From positions 70,959 to 134,958 of the forward strand of contig PMBI01000094.1 in NCBI GenBank assembly GCA_003153775.1: 64,000 nucleotides of DNA, in the 5' to 3' direction. Positions within the stretch are counted from its first letter, which is position 1, and every line of letters begins with the position of its first letter. The position numbers and the translations under genes were made by a program. Below the pieces are notes generated by a model. That model searched no databases, was not told the origin of the DNA, and worked only from the letters and a program-made list of their open reading frames with translations. Shown here in pieces: positions 54,486 through 62,907 of the stretch. This stretch comes from Syntrophaceae bacterium (GTDB lineage: Bacteria; Desulfobacterota; Syntrophia; Syntrophales; UBA2185).

Positions 54486-54512
54486 GGCGCAAAATTTGAG
54501 AGATTCGGCAAT

Positions 54513-56348
54513 ATGATAAGAATATTCAAAATTACCTATTTATTTATCCTGATGGGCGTAATCTTCTGCACATATCCCGTGCACGCCCAAAGTAATGTGC
54601 TTAATATTCGGCATTGGGCTGCTCCCGATCATACGAGGATCGTCATAGATATGAGTGGTGATGTCGCCTATACGGTCGAGGAAACCGAAAAGAAATTGAT
54701 CGTTCATCTTAAAGAGGCCCTCGTCAGGGAGGACTTTCCGCATGAGCTGATATTGAACAAGCCGGGAATCGACAGGATAGTGATAAGTTCCCATCCAGAA
54801 GGTATAAGCATTGAATTGTCTATCGGCGAAAATGTTATTACTAAGGTATTTAAACAAAAGAAATTCCAGGACAAACCCGACCGGATTGTCATTGACATAG
54901 AATTCCCCGACGTGGAGAAGCAGGAAAGCAAGGAGAGGGAAGAGGAAAAGGTTCAGCGAAAGAACAAGATCATTGTCATCGATCCCGGCCACGGGGGAGA
55001 CGATCCCGGTGCGATAGGGAAGTTGAAGACACAAGAAAAGAACGTCGTTCTGGATATAGGCAGGAAATTAAGGGACATCCTGAATAGCAAGGGCGGGTAC
55101 CGTGCCTTTCTTACAAGGGACGGGGATTACTACGTGCCGTTTAAAAAGAGACTTAAAATTGCACGGGAATACGGGGCTGATCTGTTTCTCAGTATCCACG
55201 CAGACGCCTTCAGGCAGCGAGGTGCGAGGGGAAGTTCCGTTTACTGCCTGTCTGTGAGAGGGGCGAGCAGTGAAGCCGCCAAACTTCTGGCAAGGAATGA
55301 GAATATGGCCGATATAATCGGTGGCTCCCCGAATGGTGAGAACAACGATGAATCAGACCCAATCATCCTGAATATGTTTCAAACGAATACCATCAACTCG
55401 TCAAGGACCTTCGGCAGTTGTGTCATCAGGCATCTCGACGGTGTAACCACGGTGAAAAACAGGAAGGTCCAGGAAGCGCCCTTCATCGTGCTGAAGCTGC
55501 CCGAGGTTCCGTCTATACTTATCGAGACGGCCTACATATCAAACCCCGGCGAAGAAAAGCTGTTGCGGAGCAGCGGCTTTCAAACGGAGATTGCCAAGGC
55601 GATAGCAGCCTCTGTGACGGAATTTTTGCCTCCGGCGCCGGGGCGTCCGCCTGTAACCAATCTTGTGTCAGCAAAGAAAGAGAATGACAAGAAATCCATT
55701 TTCACAGCGGATAAGAAAAAAGAAATCAAGGCGACACGAACTGCAAAGTATGTGATCAAGAAAGGTGATACCCTTGACATCATTGCAAGGAAGCATAACA
55801 TTACTATGGATATACTTTTGAAACTGAATCATATGAAGCTCGATGACCCCCTGTACTTCGGTCGCACTTTGAGGGTTCCGGCGCCGGAGAAAGAAATATC
55901 TGATGAGAACAGGGATGAGCAGGTCAAGGCATCGACTGCAGCTGAAAAATCTCCACCTGCTTCGCCTTCGTCAGTGACGAAGGTTTACATGGTGAAGAAA
56001 GGCGACACCCTCGATAAAGTAGCAAGAAGGAACAACACGACGATCGGCGTCCTTCTGAAACTGAACAAAATGAAGCTGCAGGAACCTCTGCATGCCGGCA
56101 GGAAATTGAAACTGCCGCCTGCGGAAGCAAATGCAGGAAAAGTTGAAAAAGAGGAAAAGGGAGAAAAGGCAGAGAAAGCCGCCGGCAGGAAGTCTAAGGC
56201 ACACGTATACAGGGTCAAGAAAGGCGATACCCTCGATAAGATCGCGAGACGCTGTAATACGAGCGTCGGCGAATTGCGAAAGCTTAATCGGATAAGGCGT
56301 GCCGATGTGCTGTACGTAGACCAGAAACTGAAGCTCCCTCCGTCGTAA
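54513..56348 (+). CDS. amiC: N-acetylmuramoyl-L-alanine amidase (AMIN - Amidase_3 - 3x LysM)
   Basis: Signal peptide. AMIN domain (LNIRHWAAPDHTRIVIDM), Amidase_3 (IIVIDPGHGGDDPGAIG ... SIHADA ... ETAYISNP), and three C-terminal LysM repeats. Confidence 0.9.
   Translation: MIRIFKITYLFILMGVIFCTYPVHAQSNVLNIRHWAAPDHTRIVIDMSGDVAYTVEETEKKLIVHLKEALVREDFPHELILNKPGIDRIVISSHPEGISIELSIGENVITKVFKQKKFQDKPDRIVIDIEFPDVEKQESKEREEEKVQRKNKIIVIDPGHGGDDPGAIGKLKTQEKNVVLDIGRKLRDILNSKGGYRAFLTRDGDYYVPFKKRLKIAREYGADLFLSIHADAFRQRGARGSSVYCLSVRGASSEAAKLLARNENMADIIGGSPNGENNDESDPIILNMFQTNTINSSRTFGSCVIRHLDGVTTVKNRKVQEAPFIVLKLPEVPSILIETAYISNPGEEKLLRSSGFQTEIAKAIAASVTEFLPPAPGRPPVTNLVSAKKENDKKSIFTADKKKEIKATRTAKYVIKKGDTLDIIARKHNITMDILLKLNHMKLDDPLYFGRTLRVPAPEKEISDENRDEQVKASTAAEKSPPASPSSVTKVYMVKKGDTLDKVARRNNTTIGVLLKLNKMKLQEPLHAGRKLKLPPAEANAGKVEKEEKGEKAEKAAGRKSKAHVYRVKKGDTLDKIARRCNTSVGELRKLNRIRRADVLYVDQKLKLPPS
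55749..56339 (+). repeat. Three tandem LysM-coding repeats inside amiC
   Basis: Y(V/M/R)(I/V)KKGDTLD(I/K)(I/V)AR...LLKLN...L(R/K)(V/L)P units start at 55749, 55986 and 56208. Confidence 0.8.
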
Positions 56349-56359
56349 TCTGGAGTGTT

Positions 56360-56839
56360 ATGGTGGATATGAAGAGGGTACATAGTTCGAAGTACGCATG
56401 GTTTATATATCTATTCTTCTTGATAGTTGTAAGCGCCGTTGAGGGCAACGCTTCGGGAATGAATGCCGCTTGGGAACCATTTAAGGCAAATACCGAACTG
56501 GGGTCGTATGTGGTCGGCGTTGATGCCGATAGAATACCAGAAGCAAAAGATGAGTTTATCCTTACTGATAAGATTATTCCAATGGAACGCGATACAGCGG
56601 AGAGAAGAACCGATGGTTCCCTGAATGTGCTTAGGTTTCATAAGTTCAGCGTATCTTTATCACGCACCTTTCTTGATCAGATGCAAGTGGATATACGCCA
56701 GGCATCGGGAAACAGCGTTGACAAGCTCTATGCGATCAAATCACTTCCCTCCATGTTTATGAACTCACCATACAGGGACACTTTTGAATCTCTCGGCAAG
56801 ATTTTTGAACCTCAGGTAAACCTGAGTATTGAATTCTGA
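56360..56839 (+). CDS. 159-aa exported hypothetical protein ending in Phe
   Basis: N-terminal hydrophobic signal/anchor (YAWFIYLFFLIVVSAVEG). The C-terminal alternating QVNLSIEF is reminiscent of an OMP terminal strand. 11 nt after the amiC stop. Confidence 0.5.
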   Translation: MVDMKRVHSSKYAWFIYLFFLIVVSAVEGNASGMNAAWEPFKANTELGSYVVGVDADRIPEAKDEFILTDKIIPMERDTAERRTDGSLNVLRFHKFSVSLSRTFLDQMQVDIRQASGNSVDKLYAIKSLPSMFMNSPYRDTFESLGKIFEPQVNLSIEF

Positions 56840-56890
56840 GGGGAATGGATTTAAAGCTCGCCCAAGTAGAAACTAAAGAAGATTTACGTC

Positions 56891-57532
56891 ATGCAAGTAT
56901 TTGACGGTCTCCATGCCTTTATATGGAAGGTCTCTACGCAGAATAACTGCAACACCTACCTTATTGACGACGATCTGAAAATCATCATAGATCCTGGTCA
57001 TAAACATCTCTTTGAACATGTACGCAAGAGTCTTACCGCGCTCAACACCTCCCCTGACGGGATCGATTTGGCGATTGTCACACACGGTCATCCCGATCAT
57101 ATGGAAGCAGTGGAAGGGCTTGGCAAAGAGACCCTGTTCGCCATGAGTGAAGAAGAGCATCGTTTTATCAGCGACATTGCCGGGCAATACTTCAAAATCC
57201 CGGAACCGGCTTTTTTCCTGAGAGAAGGCGATTTGAACGTAGGCAGGCAAAGGTTTGAGGTTATCGCAACTCCGGGACATTCCCCCGGGTCGATTTGCCT
57301 CTATTGGCCTCTGAAAAAGGCGTTATTCACGGGTGACCTGATCTTCAGGGACGGTATCGGCCGCACGGATCTGCCCGGAGGAAGCGGCGGCATGCTTAAG
57401 GAAAGCGTGAAAAGGATATCGGAACTGGATATAGACTATCTTCTCTGCGGACACGGAGAAATTGTGGCAGGAAAGAAGGAAGTGCAGGCAAATTTCCAGA
57501 AAATAAAGAGCTACTGGTTCGATTATCTGTAA
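56891..57532 (+). CDS. MBL-fold metallo-hydrolase
   Basis: THGHPDH (HxHxDH) motif, later TPGHSPGS and CGHG. Confidence 0.85.
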   Translation: MQVFDGLHAFIWKVSTQNNCNTYLIDDDLKIIIDPGHKHLFEHVRKSLTALNTSPDGIDLAIVTHGHPDHMEAVEGLGKETLFAMSEEEHRFISDIAGQYFKIPEPAFFLREGDLNVGRQRFEVIATPGHSPGSICLYWPLKKALFTGDLIFRDGIGRTDLPGGSGGMLKESVKRISELDIDYLLCGHGEIVAGKKEVQANFQKIKSYWFDYL

Positions 57533-57571
57533 CTGTATGACTGCTACTTCTTCATGCAATAAGGAGGAAAC

Positions 57572-57913
57572 ATGGCCAGGAATAAAATAGTTATATTTGC
57601 ATTGTTCATGCTGTTGATGCTGGCAGCTCATGCGGATGCCCAGACTCGCCCGGACAAATCAGGCGCACCGAGTTTCAAAGTTATTGCCTGCCCTTCGACT
57701 ATCACCACGCAGGTGGTCAACTTGCCGCCCGGATGGCAATCTCCCCCGTGGGGGTACACGCTTAGTGACGCAGTTATCTCGATAGAGGCGGGGCAACAGT
57801 TACTCTTCTGCAGATATGGATATGGAAACACCTTAGTGCAAATTCATATGAAGATGCCCCCTGGTGCGTGCACGGTCCAGCCAGATAACAAAAGTTTCAA
57901 ATGTAAACAGTAG
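57572..57913 (+). CDS. 113-aa secreted Cys-containing hypothetical protein
   Basis: Signal peptide MARNKIVIFALFMLLMLAAHADA. AAGGAGGAAA RBS. Four Cys in the mature part. Confidence 0.55.
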   Translation: MARNKIVIFALFMLLMLAAHADAQTRPDKSGAPSFKVIACPSTITTQVVNLPPGWQSPPWGYTLSDAVISIEAGQQLLFCRYGYGNTLVQIHMKMPPGACTVQPDNKSFKCKQ

Positions 57914-57968
57914 AAGCACTGGCGATATTTCTTTGTGACTCAACAGAAGTAACTTGTCACCTTCTAAT

Positions 57969-58029
57969 GTCGTAGCTCGTTGGGCTCATCACCCAAAGGT
58001 CGGTGGTTCAAATCCATCCCCCGCTACCA
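57969..58029 (+). pseudogene. 5'-truncated tRNA-Met(CAT)-like fragment (initiator-type 3' two-thirds)
   Basis: GTCGTAGCTCGTTGGGCTCATCACCCAAAGGTCGGTGGTTCAAATCCATCCCCCGCTACCA aligns with the 3' part of E. coli tRNA-fMet (..GGTAGCTCGTCGGGCTCATAACCCGAAGGTCGTCGGTTCAAATCCGGCCCCCGCAACCA). No 5' acceptor strand (AGCGGGG) is present upstream. Confidence 0.7.
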
Positions 58030-58037
58030 AAGAATCC

Positions 58038-58067
58038 AGGGATTGGCCGATTCGACCAATCCCTTTT
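58038..58067 (+). terminator. Intrinsic terminator directly after the tRNA fragment
   Basis: AGGGATTGG, 9-nt loop, CCAATCCCT, then TTTT. Confidence 0.7.
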
Positions 58068-58165
58068 CTGCACTTTGGAGCGAGTAATACGCCAGCACCG
58101 CTTATTACGATGGTGACGTCACTCGAACTATAATCCTGCGCACCCTAAATCCTGCGCTAAGTCCC

Positions 58166-58684
58166 TTAATCCTTCCTTGGGAGAGATTTCAATTGTGCTC
58201 TCAGCTCCGTCTCCGCCCTGGTCAGGATTTCCTGTAAGACCCAATCGCGAACGGGATTGGGTACGACGGCCGACCCGTATATTTTTTTCTTCTTAAGGTC
58301 TTCCGCAATCGCTGCAGTTCTCTTTACACGCAGGGATTCCAGTTCGTGCTTCGCTGATTCAATCTCACTTTCGATGTCCTTGGTATCTATCGCGAGGATG
58401 TCGCGAAGGATTATGAGAAACCTGCTATTGTCCTCGTTCAGTTTGGTGGAATCCAGCACCTGCGACCTGAGGATACTTGTCAGATCAGGGTTGGCAGATA
58501 ATTCTTTCGCGAATTCTGATTTCAGATGATCAAGGTCTATCAGTCCGTCCCGATAACGCTGTATCCATCCCCGCACCTTGCCTGCCATCTCTTTGCGCCG
58601 GAATGCTGCCTTTTCTTCATCCGTCATGGTCAGGTTCTTCGTCCTTTCCATGATAATGTCGAGCGTGCTCTTTATCTCCGCCAT
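58166..58684 (-). CDS. 172-aa helical hypothetical protein
   Basis: Start at MAEIKSTLDIIMERTKNL (ATG 58684). TGgTATAAA extended -10-like box about 40 nt upstream. No motif recognised. Confidence 0.55.
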   Translation of the reverse strand: MAEIKSTLDIIMERTKNLTMTDEEKAAFRRKEMAGKVRGWIQRYRDGLIDLDHLKSEFAKELSANPDLTSILRSQVLDSTKLNEDNSRFLIILRDILAIDTKDIESEIESAKHELESLRVKRTAAIAEDLKKKKIYGSAVVPNPVRDWVLQEILTRAETELRAQLKSLPRKD

Positions 58685-58785
58685 TTCCGCCACTTCATAA
58701 ATGATGATCATGTTAAATCTGATTTTATACCACAAAACGTTTTTTGGGCACTGGAATCATATCAGATTGTTCTGTCTGGCGCTGC

Positions 58786-58818
58786 AATAAAAGAACCCCG
58801 TCCGAAGGGACGGGGTTC
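58786..58818 (-). terminator. Intrinsic terminator after the NuoF-GltD fusion gene
   Basis: The minus strand reads GAACCCCGTCC-CTTC-GGACGGGGTTC, then TTTTATT. Confidence 0.75.
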
Positions 58819-58846
58819 AATGCACAACTTGCATGCTTAAGAGAAA

Positions 58847-61800
58847 TTAGCCGATTTCAGCATCGCAGCGCAGGCAACGGCACGCTTCCTGAATCGCCAC
58901 TTCTCTCAAGTAACCCAGTTCAACTTCTTTGAAATTGCGTTTACGCTCAGGCCCATGCATCTCCGGCATCTTCGCCTGAGGAGCTTCGACAGTTTCCTCA
59001 TCGATAATAAATGGAATTTCAATCTTATCCTCGGGCGGCTCTACGTAAGCAGGCTCGCCGTTGATCTTCCTGATGTGGCTGTCCATATCGCTGGCTGCCT
59101 GATGTCCCGCTTGAATGGCGCCGATGACCGTGTCCGGTCCGGTCAGGGCATCGCCGCCGGTAAAGAATTTGGGATTTGTCGTCTGAGATTTGCTTCCTTT
59201 GGCAAGGTCGAATGTGGACCATTTATTGACGGTCACACCGCTATCCTTGGAGACAAAGGTCATGTCTGACGTCTGCCCGATGGCCGCGATGACGGCATCC
59301 ACGCTGAGTGTAAATTCGGAGCCGGCAATGGGCGCCGGTTTCTTCCGCCCGCTGCGGTCGAATTCATTTAGCTTCATTCTCTGGCAGGTGATGCCGTTTA
59401 CCTTGCCGGCCTTTTCGTCAATTTTTAAAGGTGCGACAAGATATTCTATCTTGATGCCTTCATCTTCCGCAGCGACAATTTCTTCGTCTGCAGCAGGCAT
59501 ATCCTTTCTCTCGCGACGATAAAGGATGGTTACATCGGCTCCGAGACGGAGTGCGACGCGAGCGGCATCTATAGCGGAGTTGCCGCCGCCGATTACGGCA
59601 ACCTTCGAACCGATTGTTTTCTTGCCGCTCAACCAGGCTTCCTCATTGGCATTAAAATCTCTGAGGAACTCGACGCCGCCGTAGACGCCCTTGAGATTTT
59701 CTCCAGGAACGCCCATGGGCTGGCTCTTCTGTGCACCGGGCGCGAGGAAGATGTAATCGAAATCCTTGCCCACCTGTTCAAAGGAGATGTCTTTGCCGAC
59801 ACGGGTGTTGCACTTGATCTCCACACCCAGAGATTTAATATTATCATTGATCTCGCTGGCAAGGATCTCTCTCGGCAGTCTGTAAGCGGGAATAGCCCAG
59901 CGGAGCATTCCACCCGGTTCAGAGAGTTCCTCGAACACGGTTACCTTGTAGCCTCTGCGCGCCAGATCCCGCGCTGCCGTCAGACCGGCAGGGCCTGCGC
60001 CGATAACGGCGATCTTCTCTTTCCTTGTTACAGATACCGGCGAAATTTTGGGCCTCGGCGCATTGTCGGTAATGAACCTCTTTAAGAATTTGATGGCAAG
60101 GGCTTCGTCAAGCTTGCCCCTGCGGCACTTCGACTGGCACTTGTGGTCGCAGACCCTTCCGCATACGGAGGGTAAGGGGTTCGTCTGCAACATTACCTTA
60201 TATGCATCTTCAAAACGCCCGGACCGGATAAGTGCGATATAAGCCGGAACGTCCATACCTGCTGGACACGTATGCTGGCATGGTGATTTGAAGAGGGCGG
60301 AGCAAACAACGGCTTTGCATCGCTTATCTCTGATATGCTGCTCATATTCGTCTCTGAAATAACGTATCGTACTGAGCACGGGATTCGGGGCTGTCTGCCC
60401 GAGACCGCACAGAGACGCGTTCTTGATGATACCCGCCATCTCCTGCAAGAGTTCGATGTCTCCTTCCTTGCCCTTGCCCTGGCTGATGTTTGTCAACATC
60501 TCGAGCATTCTCTTGGTTCCTTCACGGCAGGGTGTACACTTTCCACAGGACTCATCCTGAACGAAGTCCATAAAGAAACGGGCCATGTCGACGGCACATT
60601 TATCTTCGTCCAGAACGATCATACCACCGGAACCCATGATGGCGCCGAGTTCCGCGACGCGCTCGAAGTCAATGGGGGCATTGAGATGCTCGGCGGGAAT
60701 ACAGCCACCGGATGGACCGCCAAGCTGGGCGGCTTTGAATTTCCTGCCGCCGGGGATGCCACCGCCGATGTCATAAACAATCGTGCCGAGGGTGGTTCCC
60801 ATGGGAACCTCCACGAGACCGACATTATTAACATCGCCAGTGAGAGCGAATACCTTGGTGCCCTTGCTCTTTTCCGTTCCTACGGAGTTATACCAGGAAG
60901 CGCCTTTCAAGATGATCTGGCCGATATTGGCAAAAGTCTCTACGTTATTCAAAATGGAAGGCTTCTGCCAGAGTCCTGCAATAGCAGGGAAGGGTGGGCG
61001 AGTCCTTGGCATGCCTCGCTTGCCTTCAATCGAAGTCATCAGTGCCGTCTCTTCACCGCAGACGAAAGCCCCGGCGCCCTGATAAATCTGTAAATCGAAA
61101 TCAAAACCGGTGCCCAGGATATCCTTGCCGAGGAGGCCGTACTCCTTGGCCTGGGCGATGGCGACGTTCAGCCTGTGGATGGCAAGAGGATACTCAGCAC
61201 GGCAGTAAATATAGCCGGTATGAGAGCCAATGGCCTTGGCGGCAATTACCATTCCCTCAAGAACAGCGTGGGGGTCGGCCTCGAGAACGCTTCTGTCCAT
61301 GAATGCTCCGGGGTCGCCTTCATCCGCGTTACAAAGGACATACTTCACATCGCTGGGGGACTGAAAGCAAAATCTCCACTTAAGACCTGTGGGGAAGCCT
61401 GCACCGCCTCTACCACGGAGACCCGAATCCAATACTTCTTGAATGATCTTTTCCTGCGTCATTTCCGTCAGGGCCTTGGCCATTCCGGAATAGGCATCTC
61501 TTGCGATTGCCTCATCGATATTTTCCGGGTCAATGAGCCCTCTGTTTCTCAATACCCTCAGTTCCTGAAGGGCGAAGAAGGGTATATCGTTCATCGCCGG
61601 TATGACTTCCTTCGTGGTCGGTTCTTTGTAGAGGAGCCTTTGAAGTATCCTTCCCTTTACCAGGTGTTCCTCGACCAGCTCAGGCATGTCCTCGGGCTTC
61701 ATTGACATATATACAACGCCCTCGGGATAAGCCACCATAATAGGCCCTAGGGCACAGAATCCATTGCAACCGGTCTCAACGATCTTGACGTCTTTTGAAA

Positions 61801-61909
61801 GACCTCTCTTGTCAATCTCTTCTATCAAGGCCTTCTTGACCTTGCCAGTTCCTGAAGCATGACAACCGGTTCCTCCACAGATCAAAAAATGTGAACGAAA
61901 CACTTTCAT
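58847..61909 (-). CDS. Fusion flavoprotein: thioredoxin-like 2Fe-2S + NuoF/HydB-like (FMN, NADH, 4Fe-4S) + GltD/NfnB-like (2x 4Fe-4S, FAD, NAD(P)H)
   Basis: 1020 aa. aa 1-90 FLICGGTGCHASG..GCNGFCALGP. aa about 95-525 GLRGRGGAGFPTGLKW, CNADEGDPGAF, ESCGKCTPCREG, LCGLGQTAPNP. aa about 530-1020 CQHTCPAGMDVP..NPLPSVCGRVCDHKCQSKC, IAVIGAGPAGLTAARDLARRGYKVTVFE, VAVIGGGNSAIDAAR. Confidence 0.9.
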   Translation of the reverse strand: MKVFRSHFLICGGTGCHASGTGKVKKALIEEIDKRGLSKDVKIVETGCNGFCALGPIMVAYPEGVVYMSMKPEDMPELVEEHLVKGRILQRLLYKEPTTKEVIPAMNDIPFFALQELRVLRNRGLIDPENIDEAIARDAYSGMAKALTEMTQEKIIQEVLDSGLRGRGGAGFPTGLKWRFCFQSPSDVKYVLCNADEGDPGAFMDRSVLEADPHAVLEGMVIAAKAIGSHTGYIYCRAEYPLAIHRLNVAIAQAKEYGLLGKDILGTGFDFDLQIYQGAGAFVCGEETALMTSIEGKRGMPRTRPPFPAIAGLWQKPSILNNVETFANIGQIILKGASWYNSVGTEKSKGTKVFALTGDVNNVGLVEVPMGTTLGTIVYDIGGGIPGGRKFKAAQLGGPSGGCIPAEHLNAPIDFERVAELGAIMGSGGMIVLDEDKCAVDMARFFMDFVQDESCGKCTPCREGTKRMLEMLTNISQGKGKEGDIELLQEMAGIIKNASLCGLGQTAPNPVLSTIRYFRDEYEQHIRDKRCKAVVCSALFKSPCQHTCPAGMDVPAYIALIRSGRFEDAYKVMLQTNPLPSVCGRVCDHKCQSKCRRGKLDEALAIKFLKRFITDNAPRPKISPVSVTRKEKIAVIGAGPAGLTAARDLARRGYKVTVFEELSEPGGMLRWAIPAYRLPREILASEINDNIKSLGVEIKCNTRVGKDISFEQVGKDFDYIFLAPGAQKSQPMGVPGENLKGVYGGVEFLRDFNANEEAWLSGKKTIGSKVAVIGGGNSAIDAARVALRLGADVTILYRRERKDMPAADEEIVAAEDEGIKIEYLVAPLKIDEKAGKVNGITCQRMKLNEFDRSGRKKPAPIAGSEFTLSVDAVIAAIGQTSDMTFVSKDSGVTVNKWSTFDLAKGSKSQTTNPKFFTGGDALTGPDTVIGAIQAGHQAASDMDSHIRKINGEPAYVEPPEDKIEIPFIIDEETVEAPQAKMPEMHGPERKRNFKEVELGYLREVAIQEACRCLRCDAEIG

Positions 61910-61970
61910 GTGGATATTATCCTCCTTAACATTTTAGTATAACTATCCTGTTCATCGCATTCCTGCACGT

Positions 61971-62339
61971 TTAGACTTTGGCTATTGCAAAGGGCGTCTG
62001 CACCTCACCCTGCATGACATGTCTCATGAAGATTTGTCTCATCTTGTTGGCATCGATCTTGCCATAGACAATAGGGCTCTGTCCCGTAAGTTCTACGGTT
62101 ACCATGGGCTCCTGGCTGCAAAGCCCCGCGCAACCGGACGTCGTTACGATGACATCGGATACATTAGCTTCAGAGATCGCGCCCATCAATGAATCCATTA
62201 CGGCCCGTGCGCCGGCGGCGACACCGCAGGTTCCCATGTGCACCGTCACCTTGGCCCTATGCTCACCCGCCCTCAAAGACGTTTCGGAATGAACTTTATC
62301 CTTGATCTTCTTTAAATCTGCTATCGTTAGTTTTGCCAT
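61971..62339 (-). CDS. Small thioredoxin-like [2Fe-2S] ferredoxin (HydD-type position)
   Basis: 122 aa. VHMGTCGVAAGA ... TSGCAGLCSQEPMV cysteine pattern. Confidence 0.75.
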   Translation of the reverse strand: MAKLTIADLKKIKDKVHSETSLRAGEHRAKVTVHMGTCGVAAGARAVMDSLMGAISEANVSDVIVTTSGCAGLCSQEPMVTVELTGQSPIVYGKIDANKMRQIFMRHVMQGEVQTPFAIAKV

Positions 62340-62366
62340 AGCTGTTTCCCTCGTTTGAAAGATTTG

Positions 62367-62885
62367 TTAGGCTGGTACGGTTTCTTCCCTGTACGGACTC
62401 AGTATTTCCTTTACCTTTTGCGTCTTCATCCGGCCGTGGACGTCTTCGGTGATGACTATGACCGGGGCCAATCCGCATGCGCCAAGGCATCTGACTGACT
62501 CGAGCGAAAAAAGCCTGTCCGGCGTTGTCTCTTTTTCTTTTACGCCGAGCTCTTTTTGTATCGCTTCCATGATGGACTTGCCTCCGCGGACGTAGCAGGC
62601 TGTGCCGAGACACACACGCAATGTATGTTTGCCACGGGGGGTCATCGTGAAGAATGAATAGAAGGTAACGACCCCGTATACACGGCTCAGCGGCAGATTC
62701 AGCCCTTTTGCAATCACGCGCAAAATAGGCATTGGCAGGAATTCAAGGACCATCTGGGCTTCTTCAAGGACGGGGATCAACGCTCCCGGTTTATCCTTGA
62801 ATTTCTTGATTATGTCGTCAAGCTTTGCAAGTTGTCCTGCCGTAAACTCTTTTTGTATATCAATTTCACCATTACCCGCTTTCAT
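62367..62885 (-). CDS. NuoE/HydC-like [2Fe-2S] subunit
   Basis: ALIPVLEEAQ ... LRVCLGTACYVRG ... VRCLGACGLAPV. The ATG at 62885 has AGGAGG 9 nt upstream and is preferred over 62921. Confidence 0.85.
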   Translation of the reverse strand: MKAGNGEIDIQKEFTAGQLAKLDDIIKKFKDKPGALIPVLEEAQMVLEFLPMPILRVIAKGLNLPLSRVYGVVTFYSFFTMTPRGKHTLRVCLGTACYVRGGKSIMEAIQKELGVKEKETTPDRLFSLESVRCLGACGLAPVIVITEDVHGRMKTQKVKEILSPYREETVPA

Positions 62886-62907
62886 GCATTCAATCCTCCT
62901 TAAAGCT

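Noticed and set aside
54192-54512. SAM or SAH riboswitch upstream of metF
   Set aside because: A TTGACA-N17-CATTTT box lies only about 50 nt before the start codon, leaving too short a leader. The upstream sequence lacks the conserved SAH (…AACGGCGCUCA…) or S-box cores as far as I can recall them.
60335-61093. 252-aa plus-strand ORF inside the NuoF-GltD fusion gene
   Set aside because: It is antisense to a region encoding conserved NuoF motifs. It has no motif of its own.
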